A stretch of DNA of 52,306 nt, filler included, from Squatina squatina (Eukaryota): NCBI GenBank assembly GCA_031763465.1. It is 3 parts of 3 records of this genome, joined end to end, with 100 filler letters (N's around TTAATTAATTAA, not from the genome) between each part and the next. Parts side by side here need not be neighbours in the genome. Positions count along the whole stretch, not along the records: positions 24,900 to 37,679 come from JARFOE010000168.1; 2 more parts are not named here. The stretch is one strand, 5' to 3'. Below the pieces are notes generated by a model, which saw only the letters and a program-made list of their open reading frames with translations, had not been told where the DNA came from and did not search any database. The translations under genes were made by a program, and so were the position numbers. This document shows, piece by piece, positions 25,177 to 37,779 of the stretch (its first letter is position 1; each line of letters starts with the position of its first letter).

Positions 25177-25578
25177 AGGATTCTTCGCACTTGGCTCCAA
25201 ATATCCCATCATTCCAATGTCCGAACAGGCAGGGTGGACAAGTCGCAGGGAGCTTAGCAATGCCCTCTACTGGTAAGTTGTTCCCCTCCTCCCCAAACCT
25301 CACCTTCTGCGCACAAGCTCTCTGGAATAGGTAGGTGGTGTGCGTCGCTACAGGTAGCGCGTGTGCACTATCGGGCAAACAACAACTCTATCTGTGTGGA
25401 TTCCTCAGTAGCTTGGTTTGGAGAGTATGGCGATCGACTCCCACATGGTAGACCAGGCTGACATACATACACAAGTAAATAAATACATTCGATCCTGGAC
25501 ACCCTCCACTAATTGGTACAAATAAGCCCCGAGGTATTGGCCATTCCACTGAGCATTAAAAAGCCGAGGACGACTCAC

Positions 25579-25662
25579 CTCGAGTGAAAGTGTTCCTCTC
25601 ACGGCCACCAGTATAGCCTCCTTTTTGTGATCCAGTGCCACATAAAACGGAATTTCGTAAAT
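25579..25662 (-). CDS. DAGLB: Diacylglycerol lipase beta, internal exon (start of the lipase class 3 domain)
   Basis: AG/GT-bounded 84-bp phase-0 exon encoding [28 protein letters not shown]. It is closer to recalled DAGLB ([28 protein letters not shown]) than to DAGLA, and lies next to KDELR2 as in human. Confidence 0.9.
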
Positions 25663-25906
25663 CTGCACCAAGTGGGGTGAAAACAAAACACGAGAGATTT
25701 AAACCAGCCCTCAATCACCATGAATTAGTTTGTGAGAACAGCTCATTACACCCCAGCCTCGTCTTTCACACAACACCAGCAAATAATCGAGAGACTTGAA
25801 AAACACNNNNNNNNNNNNNNNNNNNNNNNNNNNNNNNNNNNNNNNNNNNNNNNNNNNNNNNNNNNNNNNNNNNNNNNNNNNNNNNNNNNNNNNNNNNNNN
25901 NNNNNN

Positions 25907-26210
25907 ACCCACGACCTCTATTACCTAGATGGACAAGGACATCAGGCATATGAGAACACTGTCACCTCCAATGTTCTTCTCCAAGTCACACACTATCCTG
26001 ACTTGGAAATATAGAGCCGTCCCTTCATAGTCACTGGTTCAAAATGCTGGAACTCCCTCCCCAACAGCACTATGGGAGTACCTTCACCACACGGACTGCA
26101 GCAGTTCAAGGCGGCGGCTCATCACCACCTCCTCAAGGGCAGTTAGGGATGGTCAATAAATGCTGGCCTTGCATGTGACGCCCACATATTGTGAATGAAT
26201 AAAAGAAAAG
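25907..26210 (+). mobile_element. LINE 3' end
   Basis: tggaactccctccccaacagcactatggga...gttcaaggcggcggctcatcaccacc...gaatgaataaaa. The tail is shared with the elements at 12800 and 21307. Confidence 0.75.
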
Positions 26211-26390
26211 ATTGAGGGCTTTTGCCTCAGTTCTCACTGAAAAGGCTGCCAAAGAATAAATGACTACAACAGAAGAAGTGGAGCAGCATATTACAACAGT
26301 CAATATAGAAAGAAAGGAGATACTTGACAAACTAGCCAAGTTTAAGGAGGACAAGACCCAGGCTCCAGATGGATTACACCAACGGAAACA
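26211..26390 (+). mobile_element. Degenerate CR1 ORF2 fragment
   Basis: EILDKLAKFKEDKTQAPDGLHQR resembles CR1 L..LK.DKSPGPDGIHPR. Confidence 0.6.
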
Positions 26391-27009
26391 CAAAATAAGC
26401 CAGGGATCAATACCAAGAATGGATCAATAGTAAAAATCCTGGTCTGCAACAAGCAAATTAAAGTGAATGTGAAAGTTTACGTTGAATGTACTAACATCGG
26501 CAGTTTTAATTCTTTAAAAAGAATTCAGAAAGTGCAGTCTGGCACACTGATATTATAAAACCACATGCAATACAGTTGTCTCTGCAGCTGTTCAGTTCAT
26601 TCAAACTTGCAATTCAACTTACTTTTGTTACAAATGTATCAATTAGGACAGGTATTTCCAAGCTTTTGTTTGTGAACCAGCCACACAGGTAAATAGCGGA
26701 GGAGGCACATACACATCTCAAGCTGCCATCACAGCAGGTGTAGTTTAGGATTTATCTAAACAGCTAACAACTCAAAAAAAAGGCACACCTGAAACTTCAG
26801 GCTCACAAAATTTGAACAGGAAAAGACAGCCTATTTTACAAGCACAAATAGAACGGAGTTTCCTGGGCTCAGGGGTTGTGTGGGGATGAGGAATGGGAAA
26901 AGAAGCTTCGATGATAATCTGCATAGAGCGCTCCACTGTACAACAGTGCAGACAGGTAATTCTACATATTGTGCTCCTGGAAATATTTGGTCCACTGCCT
27001 TAAACTTAC

Positions 27010-27110
27010 CTTCATGGAACTGTTGTAGAGAGAGATGAAAATCGTGAACAGATCCAGGTATCGAGTGATAAAGACCAATGCAAACAGAATCTGACTCTTC
27101 CCAGAGATAC
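27010..27110 (-). CDS. KDELR2: ER lumen protein-retaining (KDEL) receptor 2, exon 2
   Basis: 101-bp exon with acceptor ttttccttAG and donor GTAAGT, encoding (G)[33 protein letters not shown]. The paralogue is assigned from the ...SMK ending and DAGLB adjacency. Confidence 0.9.
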
Positions 27111-28445
27111 CTAAGGAAAAAACATTTGCTTAAAACATTTTCCTACTTATAATTGAGAGGTAATTTGCTGATGTTTCATTAAAACAGTTGCAAATTTGTC
27201 TATCTCAAAAAATAAGCATTTTTAATCAGTGTTCAGTCATCCACCTCTGAGTTACCTCAGTTTAAATCAGTGNNNNNNNNNNNNNNNNNNNNNNNNNNNN
27301 NNNNNNNNNNNNNNNNNNNNNNNNNNNNNNNNNNNNNNNNNNNNNNNNNNNNNNNNNNNNNNNNNNNNNNNNCAGGCAGCACGAAATTGGCATGCTGCCT
27401 GCATTTCAATCAACAGACAGGGGTTAACTGCACCTTGTAATACCATGCCCGTTTTTGGGGGCTATCCAATTTTTCCACCTTCAACTTTCAGCAAAACCTT
27501 CCCTGTATTAGGAAATGAGATTGAAACTCCTATCAGTAATTTGATTTGTACCTCAACATTTTAAACTGAGGTTCAAACTTTTTCTAAAGATTTACATTTA
27601 GATTTAGGAGAACATGATGCCACGAGCTAAGGAAGAACCCATGAGGTTTTGCCCTTTCACCATCACCAAAAACCAGTACATTTGGCACGTTGCCCTTGAA
27701 ACCACTTTGTGTGTTGTTTACAAAAATAATGCCTGCACATGAGTATTCAGGGCCTCTCTGATTTATATTCTATTGATACCCCTGAAATACAATCACATAT
27801 CAACATTTTCCACCACAGATTAAAAGAATTGCACTGGTGTGTTATTCCACTGGTGAAGCAGTAACTGAACGATATCTGTGGATCGTGGTCAAAGTCCCGC
27901 TATTACAGTGAAACATGGGTAGGTTTCAAAAAAGGCCTATTACCAATGTATTCCACTCATGGCATTTAAGTCCTAGAGATATTTCTTAGTATAATATTTT
28001 GTGGTTCATCCAGCAGGCGAGAAGAATATCTAACTCTTTTAGGCTGCAGCGCTGAGTACCATTTGTACTCACACAGAATATTGAACATTACGTTCAAGGT
28101 CATCAGCAACTTTTTTTTATAACTATCCAAATGAAGAAAGATTGTTCAAATAAAGGACAACAGTATTCATCTAAACTACAACTTAATTGGAAATGTTATA
28201 AAAGGACACATCAATAGATTTACTGATATTTCTCTGTCCTCACTTAGTCCATCATTTTACATTTTGAAGCTGATGGTCAGAGGCATCTCGGAGCAGGTAT
28301 TTTATGCAGAAGGATCCTTGGTGGTAAAATCATAGAATTCTCCTCCAGTGATATCATGAACAGGGAGTGGAAACCATCACTCAGGGGACAATGGTCTATA
28401 ACATTATGTTGCTGGAGAGGAAGCTGTGTAACTGCAAAGAAAGAC

Positions 28446-28610
28446 TATAAGAAACAGGAACAGGAGTCGGCCATTCGGCCCCTCGAGCCTGCTCCGCCAT
28501 TCAATAAGATCATGGCTGATCCAACTTTCTTCAACTCCACTTTCCTGCCCTATCCCCATAACCCTTGATTCCCTTAATAAGACCATAAGAAATAGGAACA
28601 GGAGTAGATT
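28446..28610 (-). mobile_element. CR1 3' end fragments
   Basis: taagaaacaggaacaggagtcggccattcggcccctcgagcctgctccgccattcaataagatcatggctgatc is the reverse complement of the 3' end seen at 48165-48303. Confidence 0.8.
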
Positions 28611-28737
28611 CCCTATTGGATTTATTAGTGACTACGTGATATTATTTATGGCTCCTAGTTCCGGTCTCATCCACTAGTGGAAGCAAATATCCTCTTTATG
28701 TCCAGGAGGAAACATGCACTCCTGAGGGACACCCTAC

Positions 28738-28861
28738 CTTCTTCACATCCGCTTGGAACCCCTTGAGACGGTTGCACTTAATCATCTGGTGCAGTAGACT
28801 GCGAGCCTCTCTGGTGTCCAGTTCCTGCACATTGTCGAAGAAACAGACAAGAAGGCCCAGT
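28738..28861 (-). CDS. OTOA: Otoancorin, internal exon
   Basis: 124-bp exon with acceptor cacttttccAG and donor GTAGGG, encoding LGLLVCFFDNVQELDTREARSLLHQMIKCNRLKGFQADVKK. It matches recalled human OTOA (LGLLVCFYNDLELLD...[20 protein letters not shown]) and is in phase with the upstream exon. Confidence 0.88.
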
Positions 28862-29068
28862 CTGGAAAAGTGAAAAGGGGAGGTTGTGAGAATGATATTG
28901 AGCCAGTTTCACGTTGGCGGAGATGCGCGATAACATACACAAGAGGAGGCAGGCGGGTTGGCTTCAACGATGTGCATGCGTTTGGGTAATAACTTCATCT
29001 GTATTCAGAGGGGCTGGGGAGAGAGGTGGGTCCCTGGACACGGGCGACGGAGAGGAGTTGCTGCTTAC

Positions 29069-29208
29069 CTGTACACGGTCGAAGTGTTGGTCATGTCAAA
29101 CCCGCACGCATCGATCCTTTCCTGGAAAGCTTTGGCAGTAGCTGGTGTGATGTCATACACAGAATCCAGCTGCTTTGTTGCATTATCATAATTAATGAAC
29201 AGTCGAAT
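29069..29208 (-). CDS. OTOA: Otoancorin, internal exon
   Basis: 140-bp AG/GTAAGC exon encoding IRLFINYDNATKQLDSVYDITPATAKAFQERIDACGFDMTNTSTVY(R). The YDNATKQLD.VYDITP motif is recalled from OTOA. It splices in frame across a 207-bp intron to 28861. Confidence 0.88.
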
Positions 29209-29462
29209 CTGGGTTTAAAAAGAAACCACTCACACAAAGGCACTAATGTGTATTAAATTAAAACCCTCCAAGATCGCTGCACTCCTCCAATTCTGGTCTC
29301 CAGTCTATCCCCTACTTCCTGCACTCATCACTAAGGGATCACAGTCCCATTGACACTTGGACACAGTTCTAGAGTGGGAACATCTTTATTTTAAACTGGG
29401 GTGGTAGCGGGTGTAAATGGGGCTTCTTCGCTAGTCTTGGCACGACAAATAAGTAGAGAAAC

Positions 29463-29830
29463 ACAGAAAGACTTGCATTTCTGTAGCACCTTTCACACTC
29501 TCAGAATGTCCCAAAGTGCTTTACAGCCAATGAAGTGCTTTTGAGGTGCAGTCATTGCTGTTGTAATGTAGGAAACGCGGCAGCTAATTGCACACAGCAA
29601 GCTCCCACAAACAGCAATGTGATAATGACCAGATAATCTCTTTTAGTAATGTTGATCGAGGGATAAATATTACTCAGCACATTGGGGAGAACTCCCCTGC
29701 TCTTCTTCGACACAGTGCCACAGGATCTTTTACATCCACCTGAGAGGGTTTAATATCTCATCTGAAAGATGGCACCTCCAACTGTGCAGCACTCCCTCAG
29801 TACTGCACTGGAGTGTCAGCCTGGAATTTT
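29463..29830 (-). mobile_element. Deu-domain SINE (SacSINE1-like)
   Basis: Reverse-complement homologue of 6400-6775. Confidence 0.85.
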
Positions 29831-29989
29831 ACATGCATGAGGGGATAGAGACTCGTGGAAGCAGGTCAATGGAACAACAGCATTGTTGGNNNNNNNNNNN
29901 NNNNNNNNNNNNNNNNNNNNNNNNNNNNNNNNNNNNNNNNNNNNNNNNNNNNNNNNNNNNNNNNNNNNNNNNNNNNNNNNNNNNNNNNN

Positions 29990-30452
29990 AAAAGATTTAC
30001 GATAATGATTCCGGGACTTCAGTTACGTGGATAGACTGGAGACGCTGGGGTTGTTCTCCTTGGAGCAGAGAAGGATGAGATTTGATAGAGGTGTTCAAAA
30101 TCATGAGGGATCTAGACAGAATAGATACAGAGAACTGTTCCCATTGGCGGAATGGCTGAGAACAGACTTACAGTGATTGTGAAAAGAACCAAAGACGACA
30201 TGAGGAAAAACCTTTTTTTTTTACGCAGCGAGTGGTTAGGATCTGGAATACACTGTCTGAAAGGGTGGTGGAGGTAGATTCAATCGTGGCTTTCAAAATG
30301 GAATTGGATAAATACCGGAATGAAAAATGGTGTGCAGGGCTATGGGAAAGGGCGGGGGAGTGGGACTAGCTGAAGTGCTCCTGCAGAGAGTCGGCAGGGG
30401 CTCGACGGGCCGAATGGCTGCCTTCCGCTCTGTAACTATTCTATGATTCTAT
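29990..30452 (+). mobile_element. CR1 LINE 3' end
   Basis: Degenerate ORF2 C-terminus (LFSLEQRR...DLIEVFKIMR; FTQRVVRIWNTL) and a terminal ttctatgattctat microsatellite. Confidence 0.85.
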
Positions 30453-31765
30453 ACATAGATAAAATATGAAAGGATCCACGTGTGCAGCAAATAATTTCAA
30501 ATGTAATGAAAGTTTATTCTTTAATTCCAGCGACTGTAGGCAACACGGAACAATATGCAAAGGACCAGATCAAGAAAATCGACACTTGGCCATCGCTTAA
30601 GCCTGGTGCTGATGCCTCACATCCACTTCCTCCTGTGTTTAGATGTTTCTAAAAGTGAATAACCTACAAGATTAAAAAATGTAAACTTTGGAATGTAAAA
30701 TATTAAACATTTACTTTCAGGTTTTGGGATTAAATCAGATGACCCGGGCATTGAATTGTAAAACCCACCATTTCTGAACATTCTGATCCCATTCGAAACC
30801 AGACCATAATAATTCATCACCTCCTGTGAGAGCTGTACGGAAGGCGTTTTACAGCTGAACCAGTTCTTTTAAAATAAATCAGTGACACTGGAATAACATT
30901 GCAACAGCACGAGATCTTCAAATGAATCATCAACATCATTGGGTTCACATTAAACTCACCGCCGGCCAGAGCTGGCCCAGTCTTTGCGGTAATACTGAGG
31001 TACAGGACTGAGAATACTTTCGAAGGGATGTTGGAACCCCTCACAGGCTGAATTTTGCCAGTTCTTACTTTGCCAGTTAGATGTCACCGTGCGGGAGCAG
31101 AGAGCCGCCTCTGGGAGGTGGAAGCACCGTCAATCCTCACCGACCCCGAGGGTTGCCACCTCNNNNNNNNNNGGGCGTAGTCCTGGAGGTTTCCATGTGT
31201 GACCTCCCACCTTCCCACTCTCCACCTGCCCACCCCCGACGCCCCCCCACCCCACCCCCCTGTCAATATTAATAAGCAAAAGTGTTCAAAGAAAATGGGG
31301 GAAAGGCACACAATTATATTTTAAAACGGCCCTATGATTTTACTCCAGGATCTCTGCTCGCAGCAATGCCTTGGAGATTAATCTTTAATTCCTGGAGACT
31401 CCAGGCCAACCCTGGAGGGTTGGCAACAATCCTGCCTACCTCTTCATCCAAACACAAAGCACAGAGAAGTGCAACTGCTCTGCTCCCAGCCACAGCAGGG
31501 AGATACAAAGGAGGGCTAAACAGAAGAACGTCCCAACAACCAAGAACAACCTTGCGACAGTTTGGCCCCAAAGGACAGTTAGATATATAAAAGACTGTAC
31601 TCTCTCTATCAAATGGATAACAGGTACACAAAATCTTCGAGGATATTTAAAATAGAACAAGCTGTGTTTTAACATTATTTGACTGTTTAAAAAGTCTAAT
31701 CCATTCTAGCTGATCGGAATGGTTAAGTCCAGTTCTTTGCTACAAAGCTCAATGACAGTGCAGCT

Positions 31766-32026
<261 letters not shown>

Positions 32027-32386
32027 TTAGTGCATCTCTCAGCCCGGTTTAGTCGAGCAGGCAGTTCTGTAGATGCCATAGACCTTCGCTGAAGTTGCCA
32101 TTCCTCGCTGGCAATCGTAACAGCAAGGGTCACAGGGATATTCTACCACGGGAGGCGTAACAATATCTCACATACCGGGAGTGGAGAGCCAGGAGGCTGA
32201 TTCCAAGTGCCAGGGGTCTGAGTTATGAGGGAAGGGCTGGAGAAATCTGGGCCTTTCAGCCTGAAANNNNNNNNNNNNNNNNNNNNNNNNNNNNNNNNNN
32301 NNNNNNNNNNNNNNNNNNNNNNNNNNNNNNNNNNNNNNNNNNNNNNNNNNNNNNNNNNNNNNNNNNAGATAATCTGTTTTAGTGAT

Positions 32387-32842
32387 GTGAGGGATAAGTA
32401 TTGGCCAGGACACCGGGGAGAACTCTCCTGCTCTTCTTCGAAATAGTGGCATGGGATTTTTCCCATAAGAGAATACTGGGCCTCAGTTTGACGTCTCACC
32501 CAGGTGGAACCTGCTAGTTGTAGCAAATACCAGAGGCGCAGTTAAAAGGAGGTGAGATAAATGCATAAGGGAGAAAGCTATCGTAGGTTATGTTGATCGG
32601 GTGAGGTGAAGAAAGGCGGGAGGAGGCTCCTGTAGAACATAAACACCAGTTGGACCGAATGGCCTATTTCTGTGCTGAAAATTCCATGTAATTCTATGAA
32701 AGACAGCACCTCAGACAGTGCAGCACCTCTCAGTACTGCACTGGAGTGTGAGCCTAGAATTTGTGCTCAAGTCCCTGGAGTAGGACTATGACCCCTCAAC
32801 CTTCTGACGCAGAGGCAAGTATGCTACCAACTGAGCCATGGT
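32387..32842 (-). mobile_element. Deu-domain SINE interrupted by a CR1 insertion
   Basis: 32387-32501 and 32698-32842 are contiguous parts of the SINE, by comparison with 29630-29830 and 6330-6610. Confidence 0.8.
32502..32697 (+). mobile_element. 5'-truncated CR1-type 3' end nested in the SINE
   Basis: Ends ggaccgaatggcctatttctgtgctg..attccatgtaattctat, like the other CR1 tails in the window. Confidence 0.7.
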
Positions 32843-33629
32843 GGACACTTCAATTGACAAATGGTTAACATGTGTGATTTAGTCTCAGCAAAGTGTGGTT
32901 ACCGGGCGAGACCAGGTTTGGTTCGCTTGTGATGCCGCCCCTGGTCGAATAGCCCACAACATTCACTGTTTGGGCTGGTAGAAGTTACACAGGGTGGAAG
33001 ATACGATGAGCAAGGGTTATATGTGACCTGTGAGCCCACTTGGAGTACAGCATGTTCCAGATGCTGTTCTTGTTAGGCGAGCATTAATGGGTCAGAAATT
33101 CTGATCCGAAGTTCAGTTCTCTCCTGTTGGCTGTGTTGTTTTGAGATGCGCTGTGCAGGGGTTTGACTTGCACACCGGTCAACTCATATTAAAACAAGAG
33201 CACGGGTTAATGACTGCTTTAAAATAGTGCAACAAACCGGCTCCTGGGAAAACCAAAGCCTCTCTGAGTTAGAAGGTGCAGAAGACCCGTGGCCCACTGC
33301 CCCTGTGGGGATAGTGCGATGGGATTCAGGAGGGAGCAGGACAGCGAGGAGGGACAGCCCTGAAGAAATTGAAGGAGCTGGCTGAATAGATTACTCATTA
33401 TTCAGTTGGCTGAATAGATTGCTAATTTTCATTTAATTTGCATACCACAAGCTTCATGCATATATAATGAGGATGAACTGAAGGGCTTTATTGTACGAGA
33501 TGGATGAGAGTGATATTTTTAACAATGATTTTTCAGCAATGTGTTAGAAATATGTCTACAATGCAGAATCCCCAGTATAGAGAGAGAGCACCTCCAAACT
33601 GTGGCCCATGGGCTCTTGTGGTGCTCAAC

Positions 33630-33785
33630 AACACAACTTGTATTTATATAGTGCCTTTAACATAGTGGAATGTCCCAAGACACTTCACAGCAGTACTGTA
33701 AGACAAAAGATTGACACTGAGACACATAAGGAGAAATTAGGTCAGTCTTGGTCAAAGAGGCAGGTTTTTAAGGAGCGTCTTAAAG
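33630..33785 (-). mobile_element. L2 LINE 3' end
   Basis: aacaacttgtatttatatagtgcctttaacatag...tttttaaggagcgtcttaaag is the reverse complement of an L2 tail of the same type as the Deu-SINE tail. Confidence 0.7.
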
Positions 33786-34364
33786 NNNNNNNNNNNNNNN
33801 NNNNNNNNNNNNNNNNNNNNNNNNNNNNNNNNNNNNNNNNNNNNNNNNNNNNNNNNNNNNNNNNNNNNNNNNNNNNNNNNNNNNNTGACTGAGTGGTGAC
33901 CCCTGAGGTAGTTACAGAGAAACCATGATGTATGAAAGAGTCGGGAGGGTAGATATCAGGGTGATTCTGGGGTTTAGGGCAGAGGGAGATGGGGCATAAT
34001 CCATGCTAGAAAAATTGAGGTGACCTGTCCACCCTTATTTCTCCTCTTACCACCACCCCCCACCCCCAAGTGTTTGTGGTTAAACCCTGTTGAAAGGGTG
34101 AATCTGGGGGGAAAAAGACTTCAAATTAAACCATGATAGCTCATGAGAGCACACATTCAAAGCAGGAAAAGTCAAATATAGGCCACGCATCAGGAAATTC
34201 TGTTCCCAGTCATCGCTATGAAATTAAGACCCTGAAATTGCTTGACGAACAGTGGGCGCTGGGGAAAGGAAGAGTTTTTGCAAATGTTCATGGTCGATGG
34301 GCTGAATGCTCTTCCTCCTCTATATCTAATGATATCTTTTGAGTATTTAACTGCTTTTTGTTAA

Positions 34365-34520
<156 letters not shown>

Positions 34521-34644
34521 TGAAGGAAAACATTGAGAATCAGTGCTGGAAGGAGAACTGTAGTCAGCACAAATCAGACTTTTGGTAACAAAACCAAGCT
34601 CTACATTCTTTCCAGTGTGAACAGATAACCACAGAACATGAGCT

Positions 34645-35065
34645 CCTTTAGCCTTTGCAAACTAGGGTTGTTTTCCCTGGAATTTAGACGGTTGTGGGGT
34701 GATTGGATCAAAGTTTTCAAGATATTAAACGGAACAGATAAGGTAGGTAGAGAGAAACTATTTCTGCTGTTTGGGGAGTCCAGGATGAGGAGGTATAGTC
34801 TTAAAAACTAGAGTCAGGCCTTCCAGGAGTGAAATTGGGAAACACTTCAGCACACAAAGGGTGGTAAAAGTTTGGAACTCTCTCCCACAAGTAGCAATTG
34901 ATGCGAGGTCAATTGTTAGCTATCAATCTCTGATTTTAAAAAATGTTGTTAACCAAGTTATTAAGTGACAGGGGGTAAAGGCAGGTATATGGAGTTAGAT
35001 CACAAATCAGCCATGATCTCATTGAATGGCGGAGCACACTCAATGGCTGCCTCCTGCTCCGATGT
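34645..35065 (+). mobile_element. CR1 LINE 3' end
   Basis: Degenerate LGLFSLE.RRL.GD.IKVFKIL...FSTQRVVKVWNSLP followed by the 3' UTR aatcagccatgatctcattgaatggcggagc. Confidence 0.85.
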
Positions 35066-35879
35066 TGCTCTTCCCCTGACTCGTTATGTTCTTACCAAAC
35101 AGACTTGTGCTGTACAAGTGCATTCGGAGCAAAAGTCTTCAATGATCTCTGCTCTTTCGTTGCCATTTACTTTACCTGAAGGTGTGACCTTACTTGCATT
35201 GGCAGGCTGTTTAACTGTGGGGGGGATGGGAGCAGTATAGCGAACTCCAGCAGGTATCACTGGGCAGTCATCGGGTAGCTTAAATCAACCTCATTGTTCC
35301 ACTTCTCTGACCCAGATGTGCTCAGGCCAGTTATTAATGTGACTTACTGCCAGTTGGCTGAGTTTAGTACAGACCAGGAAACAGTGGAACAGGTGGAGGG
35401 TATTCAGCCCTTCGAGACTGTTCTGCCATTCAATTAAACCATGGCCCCCCCCCCATGGTTCCAAATCACTTAATACCCCTGACTAGCAAAAATCTATCCA
35501 TCAAAGGTGTGACCTAGTTTCTGTGGCGGGGTCACGGAGCTCTTCACAATCTGAGCCACGGGGGAGCTCGTGGGTTGGACCTCGAGTGCTTCTAACCAGC
35601 TATTTGCCTTCCTCTTCTAAGCGGGAAGTCAATGGAACGCAAGCCTCTTGGCCTCCCCTGTGCTCCCAGCTCATTCAGTTCTTATTGACAGGATTTCTGC
35701 TGTGTGGAAGCATTGTGACATTCCTGCAGCTCACAGCAAAAGCACTTGCTGGCGTCTGAAGGAAAGGAAACCGGCATTANNNNNNNNNNNNNNNNNNNNN
35801 NNNNNNNNNNNNNNNNNNNNNNNNNNNNNNNNNNNNNNNNNNNNNNNNNNNNNNNNNNNNNNNNNNNNNNNNNNNNNNN

Positions 35880-36230
35880 TACAGCGCGCTGCAGCTCAAG
35901 TACAACGAGCTGCTGAGCAAGTGCAACCGCCCGGGAGACTCGCTGAGCCACAAAGCTGTGCAGACCCCTGGGCGCCTCTCCCAGGACCAGTCTGGCAAAC
36001 CCCCCCAGAGTGCGGAGCCTGAGCCCGAACCGGCCATCTGTGCTGCTCAGCTGCTCCCTGTGGAACTGACCACCTCCTCCACCAATACCCAACCAGAATA
36101 CAAAGTTTTGTTCAAAGAAATTTTCAGTTGTATCCAGAAAACGAAAGCAGAGATCCATGATAACCGATCAAAATACAAACCCGTTTCTTCGCCATGTCCA
36201 GATGTAGGTCAGTTACAGCAAGAGGAATAG
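35880..36230 (+). CDS. CDR2: CDR2 last coding exon (5' part lost in a gap)
   Basis: YSALQLKYNELLSKCNRPGDSLSHKAVQT...PEYKVLFKEIFSCIQKTKAEIHDNRSKYK...QQEE* matches the CDR2 motifs YSAL, DSLSHKAVQT and PEYKALFKEIFSCIKKTK. Confidence 0.92.
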   Translation, partial: YSALQLKYNELLSKCNRPGDSLSHKAVQTPGRLSQDQSGKPPQSAEPEPEPAICAAQLLPVELTTSSTNTQPEYKVLFKEIFSCIQKTKAEIHDNRSKYKPVSSPCPDVGQLQQEE

Positions 36231-36929
36231 AGAAATTACCAGTATTGTTGTATCTGGCATTAGACTGCAGACTTGTTGCTATACTCCAGCTATAAAGTTA
36301 CTTTGTGGAAAACTAGCTGTAGTATTTCATACAGTTTGAGATACATTTAACAAATATTGTACACAGCAAGGGGGATTGAAGTTATTGCCCACAGAAGCAG
36401 TTGGCTCCACAGCAACGTGACCAGGATTTCACAGCTGTATCTGTTCACCGGTATTAATTTTACCTGTGGTGTTGGCATGTCCTTCATAATGGCACACATT
36501 CACTATCCTTTTATAAGTAATGACTAAAATAGTTCATTGACTAAAAATTGTGTTGTAACGAGACTTGATGTCACCATTATCCATGGGACTCAATCCAGGT
36601 CCTCAAAGTATAATGCTGACCCTTCTTCTGGAATACTGGTCCTGAGTCAGGCAGGAGTTCTTGTCCATGTGATCTTGAACTCTGCATGTGCCGGATTTGG
36701 AAGTCAGACAAGTTGAACTATATTGGAAGCAGGAGACCATCTAAAATGTGCAAGCTCCTTTATTATTTATAATAAATTATACAACCTTTTTACTGCTGTT
36801 CAATAGAATTTTTATACTAATGATCTGCATGTGGCTACTTTCCTCAACTGCGCACACAGCCGTGTCACCAAAGACCAGACTTTCATGGATATCAAAGTTG
36901 TTTCTAATTGCTAATGCGACTCCTACATT

Positions 36930-37679
36930 TAAAAGGGCAGATGGAACTAGTCCAGGGAATTATGGACGACTTAGCTCAAAGATGTAATAGAAGACATCCA
37001 GAAACTGAATCTACAATAGAGTGCTCAAGACCGATTTCAAAAGTGAAGGTCATGCTTGACCAACCTTATTAAATTCTTCAAAGTAGCAGAAGGAATTGTC
37101 AAGTGTAATGTAGTAGTTGTAATACGCCGGATTTTCAAAAGACCTTTAAAGTATTGCATAGTAGACTCATGACTAAGTCAGAGCATGTGGAGTTGGGGGA
37201 CAAGTAGCAGAATGGTTAGCAAACTGACAAAACCAAAAACGGAGGAGGATGTTAAAGGTAGTTAGTCAGACTGGTGGGAAGTGGTCTACAAGAATCGGTG
37301 CTCAGACCACTGCTGCTCACCAGATTCCAGAGTTCAAATCGTTTGTGGTGACATAAAATTGTGGAGTATAGTGTTATGAGTTGCAAGATGACAGCCATGT
37401 AAATGGCAAATTAATTTCAATGTAGATGAGTCTGAGATGGTGCATTTTGGTAGGAGGCATAAGGAGTTCACATGCTTATCAGAAAATAAAAGTCTGAATG
37501 GGGTAGAGGAGTCGAGAGATCTGTGGGTACACATTCTCAACTCAAAGACCATAAAAAATGCAAACACTTGGGTATAGAATTGAAAAGCAGGGAAGCTATG
37601 TTAAACTTTTAGAACCTTGGTTTGACCACACTTGGAGTACTGTGAACAGTTCTGGACTCCATATTACAAAAAGGATGCA
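36930..37679 (+). mobile_element. Degenerate CR1 LINE RT region with frameshifts and deletions
   Basis: Remnants of PGNY..., GRSCLTNLIKFF, DFQKTF, WQINFNVDE.E.VHFG and RPHLEYC.QFWTPYYKKD. Confidence 0.85.
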
Positions 37680-37779
37680 NNNNNNNNNNNNNNNNNNNNN
37701 NNNNNNNNNNNNNNNNNNNNNNNTTAATTAATTAANNNNNNNNNNNNNNNNNNNNNNNNNNNNNNNNNNNNNNNNNNNN
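37680..37779. other. Artificial concatenation linker N44-TTAATTAATTAA-N44
   Basis: Identical to 24800-24899. Confidence 0.95.
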
